A DNA stretch of 63,961 nucleotides, filler included, from Candidatus Rokuibacteriota bacterium (GTDB lineage: Bacteria > JAUVQV01 > DATDCY01): assembly GCA_031406795.1 (NCBI GenBank). It is 8 parts of 8 records of this genome, joined end to end, with 100 filler letters (N's around TTAATTAATTAA, not from the genome) between each part and the next. Parts side by side here need not be neighbours in the genome. Positions count along the whole stretch, not along the records: positions 6,332 to 18,114 come from JANOHV010000219.1; positions 18,215 to 41,924 come from JANOHV010000051.1; 6 more parts are not named here. One strand, written 5' to 3'. Position numbers and translations under genes: made by a program. The notes below the pieces were generated by a model that had not been told where the DNA came from, ran no database searches, and saw only the letters and a program-made list of their open reading frames with translations. Within the stretch, counting starts at the first letter, position 1. Each line of letters begins with the position of its first letter. Shown in pieces: positions 10,141-19,965 of the stretch.

Positions 10141-10756
10141 CGCGGCGGGCCGCCATGTCACGGGCGCGAGCCGCGTCGGCTTGACGGCCGGCGTGATCCA
10201 CCGCCTGCAGGACCGCCTCGGCGGAACCGGCGGGCGTCAGTTCGGTCGTGTCGACACGCAGTCGGTAGCGACGGTAGTCCTGCATGCGGCGCACCAGAAG
10301 CGCACGGACCGTGGCGGGTGCGTCCGTGCCGGCCAGCAGCGGGCGGTCCTTCGAGCGGCCGACGCGCCTGAGGATCACCTCGGGGGGCGCGGTCAGCAGC
10401 ACCACCGGCCCCGTTCCCCGCAGCAGCGCGCGGTTGCGCTCGAAACAGACGGCGCCCCCGCCGAGCGCGACCACCGCGCCGGGGCCGCTCACCACCGCTT
10501 TGAGGGCACGGTGCTCGGCGTTGCGAAAAGCGCGCTCACCGTGCTGCGCGAAAATTTCCGCCACGCTCAAGCCTTCCTCGCGAACGATCGCCGCGTCGAG
10601 GTCGATCCACGGCACCCCGATGGTCCGCGCGATCGCCTTGGCGGTCGCGGTCTTGCCGGTTCCCATGAACCCCGCCAGGTAGACGTTCTTCCCGGCGGCG
10701 ATCAGCCGCTCAGCCCGCGTCCGCGAGTCGCTTCGCGAAGGCCTGCCAGTGCTCAC
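10124..10756 (-). CDS. aroK: Shikimate kinase (start uncertain)
   Basis: YLAGFMGTGKT P-loop, DLDAAI, FRNAE, ALGGG and RPLL motifs. Confidence 0.92.
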   Translation of the reverse strand: MSTGRPSRSDSRTRAERLIAAGKNVYLAGFMGTGKTATAKAIARTIGVPWIDLDAAIVREEGLSVAEIFAQHGERAFRNAEHRALKAVVSGPGAVVALGGGAVCFERNRALLRGTGPVVLLTAPPEVILRRVGRSKDRPLLAGTDAPATVRALLVRRMQDYRRYRLRVDTTELTPAGSAEAVLQAVDHAGRQADAARARDMAARRGGTCR

Positions 10757-11867
10757 GCATCTCACGGATGCTGTCCCCTCCGAATTTTTCCCGCATCGCC
10801 CCCGCCAACTCCAGCGCGAGCGCCGCCTCGGCGACGACCCCGAGGGCCGGCACGGCGCAGACATCCGCCCGCACCACGGCCGCCTTGCCCGTGACGCCAC
10901 CGCGCAAGCTGGCGCTGGCGAGGGGTTTCTTCAGCGTCGGGATCGGCTTCATCGCGACGCGGAAGGTGACTGTTTCGCCGTTGGTAATCCCGCCCTCGAT
11001 CCCGCCGGCCCGGTTGCTCTTGCGGTACCAGCCCCACGGCTTGCCCTTCGCGCGATAGATGGCGTCGTGGACCTGCGAACCGGCGCGCGCGGCGGCGGCG
11101 AAACCGAGACCGTTCTCGACGCCCTTCACGCCGGGCAGCGCCATCAGCGCCGCGGCGATCCGCCCCTCGATGCGCAGGTCGCTCTGGGTATGGCTCCCGA
11201 GGCCCGGGGGGACCCCTTCGGCGTCGATGCGCACGATGCCCCCGAGCGAATCGCCGGCTGAGGCTGCGGCGTCGATGACGCGCACCATGGCCGCGGAGAG
11301 CGCGGCGTCGGGGCAGCGCACCGACGAACGCTCGGCGCGGCGGCGCACCGCGTCCGAAATCCGCTCCGGGAAGGTCTTGCCGACCCCGCCGATCGCCTCG
11401 ACGAAGGAGTGCACGCGGATGCCGAATTCGGCGAGCAGTTGTTTCGCACAGGCGCCGAGCGCGACCCGCGCGGCGGTCTCACGGGCGCTGGCGCGCTCGA
11501 GAACGTCGCGGATGTCATCCAGCTCGTACTTGATGGCGGCGGGGAGGTCGGCATGCCCGGGACGCGGGAAAACCAGCGGCTTGTAGTCCGGCGGGCGGAC
11601 ACTGACCTGCTCGGTTCCGCGGTTCTTCACCAGCAGCGCGATGGGGGCGCCCGTCGTGCGGCCGAAACGCACGCCGCCGAGGAATTCAGCATGGTCCTTC
11701 TCGATCGCCATCCGGGCGCCGCGGCCGTGACCGAGTTGACGACGCGCAAGTTCCGGGTCGACGTCCCCGGAGCCGAGCACGAGCCCGGCGGGCATCCCCT
11801 CGAGGATCGCCAGCAGCGCCGGACCGTGCGACTCGCCCGCCGTGTAGTGTCTCCAGACCATGCCCAT
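10710..11867 (-). CDS. aroC: Chorismate synthase
   Basis: TAGESHG, PRPGHAD, ERASARETAARVA, GGIEGGITNG and MKPIPTL motifs. Confidence 0.96.
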   Translation of the reverse strand: MGMVWRHYTAGESHGPALLAILEGMPAGLVLGSGDVDPELARRQLGHGRGARMAIEKDHAEFLGGVRFGRTTGAPIALLVKNRGTEQVSVRPPDYKPLVFPRPGHADLPAAIKYELDDIRDVLERASARETAARVALGACAKQLLAEFGIRVHSFVEAIGGVGKTFPERISDAVRRRAERSSVRCPDAALSAAMVRVIDAAASAGDSLGGIVRIDAEGVPPGLGSHTQSDLRIEGRIAAALMALPGVKGVENGLGFAAAARAGSQVHDAIYRAKGKPWGWYRKSNRAGGIEGGITNGETVTFRVAMKPIPTLKKPLASASLRGGVTGKAAVVRADVCAVPALGVVAEAALALELAGAMREKFGGDSIREMREHWQAFAKRLADAG

Positions 11868-11960
11868 CCTCCTGCCTGACCGCCGAGAGCCCCCATCACG
11901 CTGATCCGCGTGAGAGGGCGCGATGCGATGTCCCTGACGGCAGCCGGCCCGTTAAAATGA

Positions 11961-11989
11961 CAATGCACCCGCACGATGCGGGTGCATTG
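11961..11989. terminator. Perfect 13-bp stem-loop between pilQ and aroC
   Basis: CAATGCACCCGCA-CGA-TGCGGGTGCATTG, followed on the minus strand by TCATTTTAA. Confidence 0.55.
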
Positions 11990-12019
11990 ACCTGCGTCCG
12001 CGTCGCCTGCCGCGGCGTC

Positions 12020-14737
12020 CTACATCACCACGATTCGCGGCGTGATGAAGATCATCAGCTCGCGCTTGTTCTGATTTTTCGACTTGTTCTTGAAGAGCCA
12101 GCCGAGAATGGGAATCTTCGAGAGACCGGGAATGGAGTCGGAACCGTCGGTGGCGTCCTCGATGAAGATGCCGCCGATGACGGTCGTCTCGCCGTCGGCG
12201 ATCAGGACCTTCGATTGGGCCTTGCTGGTGTTGACGGAGAACATCGTGCCCTCGGTCGTCTGGACGTTCTGTCCCTGGGAGGACTTTTCGATCATGATGT
12301 CCATGAAGACCCGCTTGTCGTTGGTGATCTGCGGCTTGACGTCGAGGGTGATGCCGATCGGTTTCCACTCCACCGTCCTGTTGCCTTCCGCATCGGTCTT
12401 CGGGATGGGCAACTCGCTGCCGAGGACGATCTTGGCCTGCTGGTTCTGGACCACCAGGACCTTGGGATTGGACAGGATCTTGACCTTGCTCATGCTCTCG
12501 CCCGCGGAGAGCCGCAGATCCAGCGAGAGCGTGTTCGCGATGTGGCCGAGCGAGAAGCCGATCCCGCCCGTCGAAACCGCCGAGGGGAGGTTGACGAGGT
12601 AGTTGGTCGGCATCGCCCCCTTGGCGGAGTCCAGTTGCTGACCGCCGATGCTCACCGAATTCGGGAACGCGAACTGGGTCGCATTGCCGTGGGCCGTGTC
12701 CTTGATGGAGTCGGCATTCCACTGGACGCCGATGGACTGGCTGAAGTTGTTCGTGACTTCGACGATCCGGGCCTCGACCATGACCGCCGGCGTGGGAGCA
12801 TCCCAGGAGAGAATCACCTGCTCGAGTTCGGCGAGCTTCTGCGCCGTGTCCGAGACGATGACGTGCTTCGTGCGCTGGTCGAACTGGATGTTGCCCTGCG
12901 CCGACTTGAATTTCTCCAGCTTGCCGACGAATTCCTGCATGTTGGCCGCCTCGATGTAGGAGATCGAGAAGGTCTTGGAGAAGACCGGCTCGAGCGCCTT
13001 CTGCGCTTCGACCGTCTTCTTCTTGTCCTCTTCCATGCGGCGGCGACGCTGCTCCTCATCCATAATCTTGTCGGCGGTCGTGATGCGCACAATGTTTTCC
13101 GACTCGCGAATCTGCGACAGCTGCGGCACGTTCGTCTTGAGGATAAGATCGAGCGCCTGGTCCCACGCTACGTCGGCGAGTTTAATCGAGACTGTGCCCT
13201 TGACCTCGGGCCCGGCGACGAAGTTCAGCCCCGAGACTTCGGAGATCAGACGCAGGATATCGTTGACCTCCGCGTCCTTGAAGTCCAGCGAGAGGCGGCG
13301 CCCGGTGAAGCCCGTCGCCGCGGGGGCGGGGGCGGAGGCCACGGTGACTCCGGCTGGTGCGGCGGCTCTTGCCGGCGCATCGGCGGCAACCGGCGCGGGA
13401 ACTTCCGCCGCCCCCGCCACCGGCGGCGCAATCGCGGCCACGATTGCCGCGGGATTCTCGAAATCGATCACTATCCCCGCACCATCGGCGGTGGCGCGGA
13501 ACGGCACCGGCCGGCGCAGTTGGGCGACCACGCGGACGAATTGGGCGTCGCCCTTGGCATAGGGGAACGCGGTGACCTTGACCACGGCGAGCCTCTGAGC
13601 GGCCAGATCGAGGACCCTGGCGTCCTTCTCCGCAATTCTCGCGTTGGCGATCTCGATGATGATCCTGGCCGGGTCGCCCGAGTCCACGAGCGTGAAGTCC
13701 GGCTTGACGGCCGTGCGGATTTCGAGCCGCGTGACGGCGTCACGCGGGCGACAGGTGACCGGGCCGACCGTGTTCAGCGCGGTCATCGCGCCCTGGCTGG
13801 CGGCGGCCGGGGCCGCAACGCTCGCGGTCAGCGCCGGGGCGCCGAAGGAAACCACGATCCGGTTGCCCACGGTCTCGACGCGATGCTCGCGGACCTTCTT
13901 CAGATCGAAGACCACCCGGAGGAACTTCTTCGGCTGTTCGTGCTCCCCTATCCGGATCTGGGTGACCCAGGAATCGTCGACTTTCCTCTTCAGCGGCCAG
14001 ACCTTGTTGCGCGCGCCCGGGAGGTCGATGACCAGGCTTTTGCCTTCGACCAGGAAGTAATCGTGCTTCAGCGGAGTGTTGCCTTGCAGCGTGACGACCA
14101 GTCCGTCGGCCAGCTTCTGGACATCGATTGCCGCGAGAGTCGGGGGTCCGGTGGGGACGACGACCTCCGGAGCGGGCGCAGCAACGACCGGTTCAGCGAC
14201 GGCGACGGGGACCACCTCGGCGGTCGTGGCGACCGGCGCTGCCTGCTCCTGTTTCGCGGGCTCGGGAGGGGTGACGACGTCTGCTGCCGGCGGAATCACC
14301 GCCACGGGAGGCTTCGGCGTGACCTTCAGGACCACGCTGGTTCCCCGGCCCTCGACGTCGTAGAGGGCCTCGGCCGAAAGAAACACCTCGACGATGCCGT
14401 TGGCCCCCGAGGAGGTTGCCTTAACCATCGACACCGCCCCCCGGTGAACCGGAATCGTCCGATCCGCGCCGGCAACGCGAAGGCCCGTGAGCTGCAGATA
14501 CAGACGCGGGGGCGTGGTCTGCCGCACCAGGCTGTAGGCCGCCTTGGCGCCGGCGACCACGGTGACTTGAACGGCGTCGTCCGTCCCGGAAACCTGGATA
14601 TCGGTGATCTCCGCGGGCTTTGCGGCCGGTGCCACCGCCTTCTTCGGCGCCTGGGCGAGCCCCCCGCCGCAACCGGCGAGCAACCACACCGCCAAGGCCC
14701 CGCAGGAGGCCCAACTCATCAATCTCCCGGTAGCCAT
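12020..14737 (-). CDS. pilQ: Type IV pilus secretin with multiple AMIN domains
   Basis: GRRLSLDFKDA, VMVEARIVE and IPGLSKIPILGWLFK...RELMIFITPRIV motifs; operon position. Confidence 0.95.
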   Translation of the reverse strand: MATGRLMSWASCGALAVWLLAGCGGGLAQAPKKAVAPAAKPAEITDIQVSGTDDAVQVTVVAGAKAAYSLVRQTTPPRLYLQLTGLRVAGADRTIPVHRGAVSMVKATSSGANGIVEVFLSAEALYDVEGRGTSVVLKVTPKPPVAVIPPAADVVTPPEPAKQEQAAPVATTAEVVPVAVAEPVVAAPAPEVVVPTGPPTLAAIDVQKLADGLVVTLQGNTPLKHDYFLVEGKSLVIDLPGARNKVWPLKRKVDDSWVTQIRIGEHEQPKKFLRVVFDLKKVREHRVETVGNRIVVSFGAPALTASVAAPAAASQGAMTALNTVGPVTCRPRDAVTRLEIRTAVKPDFTLVDSGDPARIIIEIANARIAEKDARVLDLAAQRLAVVKVTAFPYAKGDAQFVRVVAQLRRPVPFRATADGAGIVIDFENPAAIVAAIAPPVAGAAEVPAPVAADAPARAAAPAGVTVASAPAPAATGFTGRRLSLDFKDAEVNDILRLISEVSGLNFVAGPEVKGTVSIKLADVAWDQALDLILKTNVPQLSQIRESENIVRITTADKIMDEEQRRRRMEEDKKKTVEAQKALEPVFSKTFSISYIEAANMQEFVGKLEKFKSAQGNIQFDQRTKHVIVSDTAQKLAELEQVILSWDAPTPAVMVEARIVEVTNNFSQSIGVQWNADSIKDTAHGNATQFAFPNSVSIGGQQLDSAKGAMPTNYLVNLPSAVSTGGIGFSLGHIANTLSLDLRLSAGESMSKVKILSNPKVLVVQNQQAKIVLGSELPIPKTDAEGNRTVEWKPIGITLDVKPQITNDKRVFMDIMIEKSSQGQNVQTTEGTMFSVNTSKAQSKVLIADGETTVIGGIFIEDATDGSDSIPGLSKIPILGWLFKNKSKNQNKRELMIFITPRIVVM

Positions 14738-14765
14738 TATCAGCCGTCCTCCTTGAATACCGCGG

Positions 14766-15359
14766 TCACTTCCCCGCGGTGGGGTGGGATTTCAGGAAGG
14801 TTTCCTTCCTGGTCTCCCGGTTCATGAAATCCAGGAATTTCTCGAGGACGCGAATCCCCTTGAGCGAGATCTCGACGATTTCACCCTCGTTCTTCCCCAT
14901 GATGGTCCCGACGCGGACGACGAATGTCTGGTTGTTCGGCGCCCGAACCATCGCCTGTGCGCCGCTCACGGGATCAATGACGACGCCGACGACCTTGAGC
15001 ACCTCCAGTTCAACCTGCTGGATTGGGGGAAGCTGGGAGAGATCGCGCTGCTTCTTCTCCAGTTCCAGCAGCGACTTGAACGGGTCTCTACGGCCGGTGG
15101 CATCGTAGCGAAACTCGCTGCTGGGAACGAGAAGTTCGCCCGGGGCCGAGAGCGGGGGGACGGCCGGGTTCACCGCCGCCGGGGCCGCAGCGGGTTGCTG
15201 GACCGGTGCGGCAACGACGGCAGGGACCGCCACCTTCGCCGGCGCGGTCACGCCGCCTTCACCCGGGGAAGCGGGAGCGGCGCCGAGCAGGGACGGGCTC
15301 GCGGCGAACGCGAGCGCCACCAGGAGCGCTGCGGCGAGCCGGCTACTTGTCCTGGACAT
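14766..15359 (-). CDS. pilP: Type IV pilus assembly protein PilP
   Basis: YDATGRRDPF and MGKNEGEI motifs; operon position. Confidence 0.88.
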   Translation of the reverse strand: MSRTSSRLAAALLVALAFAASPSLLGAAPASPGEGGVTAPAKVAVPAVVAAPVQQPAAAPAAVNPAVPPLSAPGELLVPSSEFRYDATGRRDPFKSLLELEKKQRDLSQLPPIQQVELEVLKVVGVVIDPVSGAQAMVRAPNNQTFVVRVGTIMGKNEGEIVEISLKGIRVLEKFLDFMNRETRKETFLKSHPTAGK

Positions 15360-15915
15360 AGCGGTAGGTCGTCGCGGTACAGGTGGACGTCAGCATGAGG
15401 TAGCCCTCCTTCACCTGCGGATTGCCCATGGAGAGGTTCGAAATGCTGATGATCCGCGGGTAGTGGCTGATCTTGTCGAGAAAGAGCCCGATGTTGTGGA
15501 AGGGACCGCGAATCGCCAGCGCCATGGGCACCTCGTTGTAGAAGTCTCTCTTGTTCTCGGCCGAAGGCCGGAAGGAGATGAACTCGATTCCCGCCTCCTT
15601 GCCGAAGCGGGCGATCTGCTCGAGCAGGACCGGGATTTCGCGCTCGCCGGGCAGCTGCAGCCGGGCCTGGTCGAGCTGGCCGCTGAGGTCGGCGATCATC
15701 CGCTTGTATTCCTTGTTCTTCGCCTCGATCGTCTGCAGGACCTGAACCTCGCTCGAGAGGGTGTTCAACCGGTTCCGGTCGGCCACGATTATCGCGGCCT
15801 TCGGCGCATAGACGAGGTAGTAAAACCCGACGCAGATCATCACCATCAGGATCGCGAGAGCCAGAGCCCTCTGCTTGAGCGGTATCTTCTCGAATTGTTC
15901 CAGGATCGCTGCCAT
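15343..15915 (-). CDS. pilO: Type IV pilus assembly protein PilO
   Basis: N-terminal TM, LPGEREIPVLL and FYNEVP...GPFHNIGLF motifs. Confidence 0.9.
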   Translation of the reverse strand: MAAILEQFEKIPLKQRALALAILMVMICVGFYYLVYAPKAAIIVADRNRLNTLSSEVQVLQTIEAKNKEYKRMIADLSGQLDQARLQLPGEREIPVLLEQIARFGKEAGIEFISFRPSAENKRDFYNEVPMALAIRGPFHNIGLFLDKISHYPRIISISNLSMGNPQVKEGYLMLTSTCTATTYRYVQDK

Positions 15916-15933
15916 TGCCCCGCTGCCTCCCGC

Positions 15934-16485
15934 CTAGTCCGGCTGTTCCACGCCGGCCTTGATGCTGAAGCGAAATACCTCACGGCCCTGAATCTCGCTG
16001 CGCTCGGAGAAGAGCAACTCGACGCCCTTGTAGTACGGCGACTTTTCGAGGTTGTCGACCATCGGGCGCAAAGCTTCGTGGCTGAGTGAGAAGCCGTCGA
16101 GCGCAACGCCGCCCGCAGTGTACGCGTAGTTGGTGATCCAGATCGGCGTGCCGGCGTCGAGAACCCGGGTGAGCTCGTCGAGCAGGTGAACCGGCACGAT
16201 CCGCTCCTGCTGCAGCTTGGTGATGATCGCCAGCTTGCGTTCGAGCTCGCCCTTCTCCTTCTCGAAACGAACCTTCTCCTCGTTGACGTTCTTGAGCCGA
16301 TCCTTCTCGGCCGACTGCTTGGCAATCTGGCCCCGCAGCGAAGCGAGCTTCCCGCTCTGATCGACCCAGACCCAGCCGAGGCCCACCGCCAGAAACACCA
16401 GCGCCGCGAGGCCGAGAACCAGGTGCTGAATGGCAAAGGCTTTCTTCTTCGAGGTCTTTTTCGCCAGCAGGTTGATCCGGATCAT
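15934..16485 (-). CDS. pilN: Type IV pilus assembly protein PilN
   Basis: MIRINLL N-terminus, TM segment and coiled coil. Confidence 0.92.
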   Translation of the reverse strand: MIRINLLAKKTSKKKAFAIQHLVLGLAALVFLAVGLGWVWVDQSGKLASLRGQIAKQSAEKDRLKNVNEEKVRFEKEKGELERKLAIITKLQQERIVPVHLLDELTRVLDAGTPIWITNYAYTAGGVALDGFSLSHEALRPMVDNLEKSPYYKGVELLFSERSEIQGREVFRFSIKAGVEQPD

Positions 16486-17537
16486 CGGTCGCCCGCCTTC
16501 CGAAGCGCCAGCCCGACGGCGACGGCCGCGGCGGGGGCGTGCTCGTTCAAGTACTCGGCGTCGAACTTCTTCGGGTTGATCTTGAGGTTCTGCAGGGGGT
16601 TGTTCACCTGCACCTGGATCTTGAGCCGCTGGCTGAGGAAGGCGTCGAGTTGCTTGACCCGGGCGCTGCCGCCGGAGATGAGGATCTGGTGGATCTCCTG
16701 GTCGGACGTGGTGGCCCGGAAGAAATCGAACGAGCGCTGGATTTCAACGGCGATGTTCTCGCTCACCGTGTCCATGACCCGCCGCACGGCCTCGGGGTCG
16801 GCGGCGGCCTCCTGGCCGGTCTTGACCCGCTCGGCCTGCTCGGCGCTCAGGCCGAACTCCTTCTGGATGGCGTCGGTGTAGTGGTTGCCGCCGATCGAGA
16901 TGTCCCGGGTGAACGAAGTCATGCCGTTGCGCAGCACCCCGATGTTCGTGAATCCGGCGCCGATGTTCACGAGCGCGATGTTCTGTCCGGGGACGACTTC
17001 GTAATTGATCTCCCAGGAGTTCTGGAGCGCGAAAGCGTCGAGGTCGACCACGGCGGGCTGCAGGCCGGCCTGGATCAGCAGATCGGTGTAGTCGTCGATC
17101 TTGTCCTTCTTGGCTGCAACGAGGAGCACGTCCATCTTGCCGTCCTCGGAGGAACCGCCCTGGATGATCTGGAAATCGAGGTTCACGTCGTCGATGTCGA
17201 AGGGGATGTACTGTTCGGCCTCCCAGTGGATGGATTCGTCGAGCTCGGCCTCGGTCATCTCGGGAAGACTGATCTTCTTGACGATCACCGAGTGCCCGGA
17301 GAGCCCCATCGCCGCCTGGGTGCACTTGATCTTGTGTTCGCGCAGCAGTCCCTGCAGGCATTCGACAATGGCCCCTTTGTCCAGGATCGCGCCATCGACG
17401 ATTGCCTGCGACGGCACCGGGGCGATGCCGAAACTCTGCAGGTTGATCGACTTCCCGGACAGCTTCAGCTCCACGAGTTTGATGGAGTGCGTGCCGATGT
17501 CGACCCCGACCACATCCTTGGACTTAAACAACCCCAT
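16482..17537 (-). CDS. pilM: Type IV pilus assembly ATPase PilM
   Basis: VGVDIGTHSIK, WEAEQYIPF, ISGGSA and AVGLALR motifs. Confidence 0.95.
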   Translation of the reverse strand: MGLFKSKDVVGVDIGTHSIKLVELKLSGKSINLQSFGIAPVPSQAIVDGAILDKGAIVECLQGLLREHKIKCTQAAMGLSGHSVIVKKISLPEMTEAELDESIHWEAEQYIPFDIDDVNLDFQIIQGGSSEDGKMDVLLVAAKKDKIDDYTDLLIQAGLQPAVVDLDAFALQNSWEINYEVVPGQNIALVNIGAGFTNIGVLRNGMTSFTRDISIGGNHYTDAIQKEFGLSAEQAERVKTGQEAAADPEAVRRVMDTVSENIAVEIQRSFDFFRATTSDQEIHQILISGGSARVKQLDAFLSQRLKIQVQVNNPLQNLKINPKKFDAEYLNEHAPAAAVAVGLALRKAGDR

Positions 17538-17609
17538 GGCCCAAGTCCGTCCTCTGTTAAGGTTCAGGGTGGCCTTGCACGGGGGCCAAACACACCCCAT
17601 GCGTGTCCG

Positions 17610-17638
17610 ACTCTAGCAATCGCCCCGGGGACTGTCAA
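17610..17638 (-). promoter_or_regulatory. Sigma70-type promoter of the pilM operon
   Basis: TTGACA-17 nt-TAGAGT with an extended -10 TG and an AT-rich upstream tract. Confidence 0.65.
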
Positions 17639-17829
17639 TACCCAAATTGTCAAAATAAAAGAGCAGGCCGGGGATGTTACCTTGCACCCTTAAACGAATC
17701 TCTAAACTCTGCACCGCCAGCCCCCCGCCCTCGGGACCCGCCGGTCGCGACAGGCTTCTGCCGCCGTCCGGCCGCCTTCAACCCGAGGAAAACCCTAGCA
17801 CACGAGATGAGGGCGGAGCGTGACCGTCG

Positions 17830-18114
17830 TCACATCGGTCGCTGCCGTCCGAACAGGGAACGGGCAAGCGCGTGCCAACCCCTCATCCGAAGCGCCACCG
17901 CCCTGGCGCGCAGGCCGGCAGCCGTGTAAACCTCGGCAAGATTGAAGAAAAACACGGCCTCACGCGGCCGACGCTCGAGAGCATAGCGGCCGTGGCGGTC
18001 GGCATCGTGAAGGCTTTCGCCGGTTCTCGCAAGCGCGAGAGCGAGATAACTTCGGGCGTGCGGGTCGTCCGGGGCCAGGGAAACGGCCCGTTCGAGCAGA
18101 CGCCGGGCGCTGCC
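17830..18114 (-). CDS. C-terminal part of a TPR protein (5'-truncated; absent from ORF track)
   Basis: Hand translation: ARRLLERAVSLAPDDPHARSYLALAL...FFFNLAEVYTAAG...RPM*. Confidence 0.7.
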   Translation of the reverse strand, partial: GSARRLLERAVSLAPDDPHARSYLALALARTGESLHDADRHGRYALERRPREAVFFFNLAEVYTAAGLRARAVALRMRGWHALARSLFGRQRPM

Positions 18115-18214
18115 NNNNNNNNNNNNNNNNNNNNNNNNNNNNNNNNNNNNNNNNNNNNTTAATTAATTAANNNNNNNNNNNNNNNNNNNNNNNNNNNNNN
18201 NNNNNNNNNNNNNN

Positions 18215-19042
18215 GTTGCGCTGGTCCGAACCCTCGAGATACCGGGAGACGGTGGCGATCTGGGCCAGGTACTCCCGGGGCGCGATGAGGGCGTAGGGGT
18301 TCATCGCCAGCGCCGTCACCCCGGCGATCGCGCCGAAGATCAGCAGCGGTTTCCAGAAGCTCGGGGAGAGCGCCGTCCCCCGGATCGCGGCGCCGCCGGT
18401 CCGGCCGCGGAACGAAACCATCAGGTGAGCCAGCAGCAGGACCGGGAAGAACATCAGCGAGGTCTGCTTCGTGGTGATGGCCAGGCCGGCGGCCAGCCCC
18501 GCCGCGATCCAGATACGGGTGCCGCCGCCCCCGGCGATCCGCAGCGCCAGCAGCATCAGCAGGACGAGGAAGAAGGTCAACGGGACATCGGTGGTGAAGA
18601 AGTGCGAGTCCCGGACGTGCAGGACCGAGAAGGCGAGGAAGGCCGCCCCGAGGAGCCCGGCCGTCCGGGAGTAGGCCTGCTTCCCGAGAAAGTACACGAG
18701 AACCACGGTGGCGGTGCCGAAAGCGGCCGAAATCCCCCGCCCCAGGACGTAGTAGAGGGTCGTCGACGCGGGGTCGGCGGGCGCGAACGGCAGGAAGTGG
18801 AAGACGGGGGCGGCGACCAGGATCAGCAGGTGCATCAACAGGGGCGGGTAGATGAAGAACTTGGGGTCGTGCACCGGCAGCTCGGCGATGGACTGCGCCG
18901 CGCGGATCTGTTCCGCGGCGATCATCATGACGCGCTCGTCGCTGTTGAAGTGGTAGGGGAGGGCCCAGTCGAGGCCGTAGAAGCGCACCGCACAAGCCCC
19001 GAGGACGATCAGGGCGATCAGCAGGAAATCTCGAGTCCTCAT
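18215..19042 (-). CDS. GT-C (ArnT/PMT-like) membrane glycosyltransferase, 3'-truncated
   Basis: RFYGLDW..P..F..DE, YPPL and SHFFTTDV motifs; multiple TM segments. Confidence 0.85.
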
Positions 19043-19737
19043 TAAAAGATGTTCTTGACGACGCTCCAGATGTACCGGAACCAGACTTTGCGCAGCTTGA
19101 TGGAAGAGTGGCCGGACCGGCGGGCGTACTCATGCGCCGCGACTTCGCCGCAGCGGAAGCCCTTCTTCAGGCACTTGATGGTCATTTCCTGCTCGATGGT
19201 GGTGATGTTCTCTTTCAGGCCGAGCTGGCGCGCCACGTCCGTGCGGATGGCGCGAAAGCCGTTCTGGCTGTCGGTAAGCTCGACCTTGAAGCGGGTGTTG
19301 ATGGCGATCAGGATGATGTCCGAGCCGATCATCCGCAGCAGTTTGCCGACGTCGCCGTGCAGCTCGTCGCTGCCGCCGCGGCCGCGGGAGCCCACGACGA
19401 TGTCGTACTGCTGGTCGAGGATCGGCTGCACGAGCAGCGGGATGTCCTTCGGGTCGTGCGACCCGTCGGCGTCGAGGTAGACCTGGATGTCGGCGTCGAC
19501 CTGCTCGATCGCCGTGCGGATCCCGTCGCCCTTTCCCTTGCGGTGATCGAGGATGACCCGGGCGCCCTCGCGGACGGCGACCTCGCGGGTATCGTCCGTG
19601 GAGTGCCCGTCGACGACGACCACCTCGTCTACCATGGGCTTGGCGGCCCGGATGATCTCCGCCAGGTTCAGGCCCTCGTTGCGGGCGAGGATCACGGCGG
19701 CGACGCTCATCTTCTTCCCTGCGGCTGCAACCGTCAT
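19042..19737 (-). CDS. GT2 polyprenol-phosphate glycosyltransferase (DPM1-like)
   Basis: VVVDGHSTDDT, GKGDG, LDADGSHDP and TDSQNGFRA motifs. Confidence 0.9.
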   Translation of the reverse strand: MTVAAAGKKMSVAAVILARNEGLNLAEIIRAAKPMVDEVVVVDGHSTDDTREVAVREGARVILDHRKGKGDGIRTAIEQVDADIQVYLDADGSHDPKDIPLLVQPILDQQYDIVVGSRGRGGSDELHGDVGKLLRMIGSDIILIAINTRFKVELTDSQNGFRAIRTDVARQLGLKENITTIEQEMTIKCLKKGFRCGEVAAHEYARRSGHSSIKLRKVWFRYIWSVVKNIF

Positions 19738-19965
19738 GAATCTGGTCTCCCGATGCCGGCAATCAGCCGGCGGCACACCCGACCTCAGTGCCTCCGGCGG
19801 CGCACACTATGCGTGAAAGCCCGGGAAAATGCAACGCGCGCGTGGCGGCAAACCCTTGACTTTTGGCGCCGTCAGCCAGATGATCGCGCTCGATTTAGGA
19901 GAAACCGCCGCGGATGCGACTCTCGGACGGCCCGGCCCGGCCGCCAGCGTGAAAGGAAACCCTCG

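Noticed and set aside
11957-14827. Long antisense ORFs (also 1861-4575, 56597-59404 and others)
   Set aside because: Shadow frames of real genes, expected at high GC3; no recognisable motifs.
17864-17878. Sigma54-like TGGCAC...TTGC upstream of pilM
   Set aside because: GG-to-GC spacing is 9 rather than 10, and it lies inside the TPR coding sequence.
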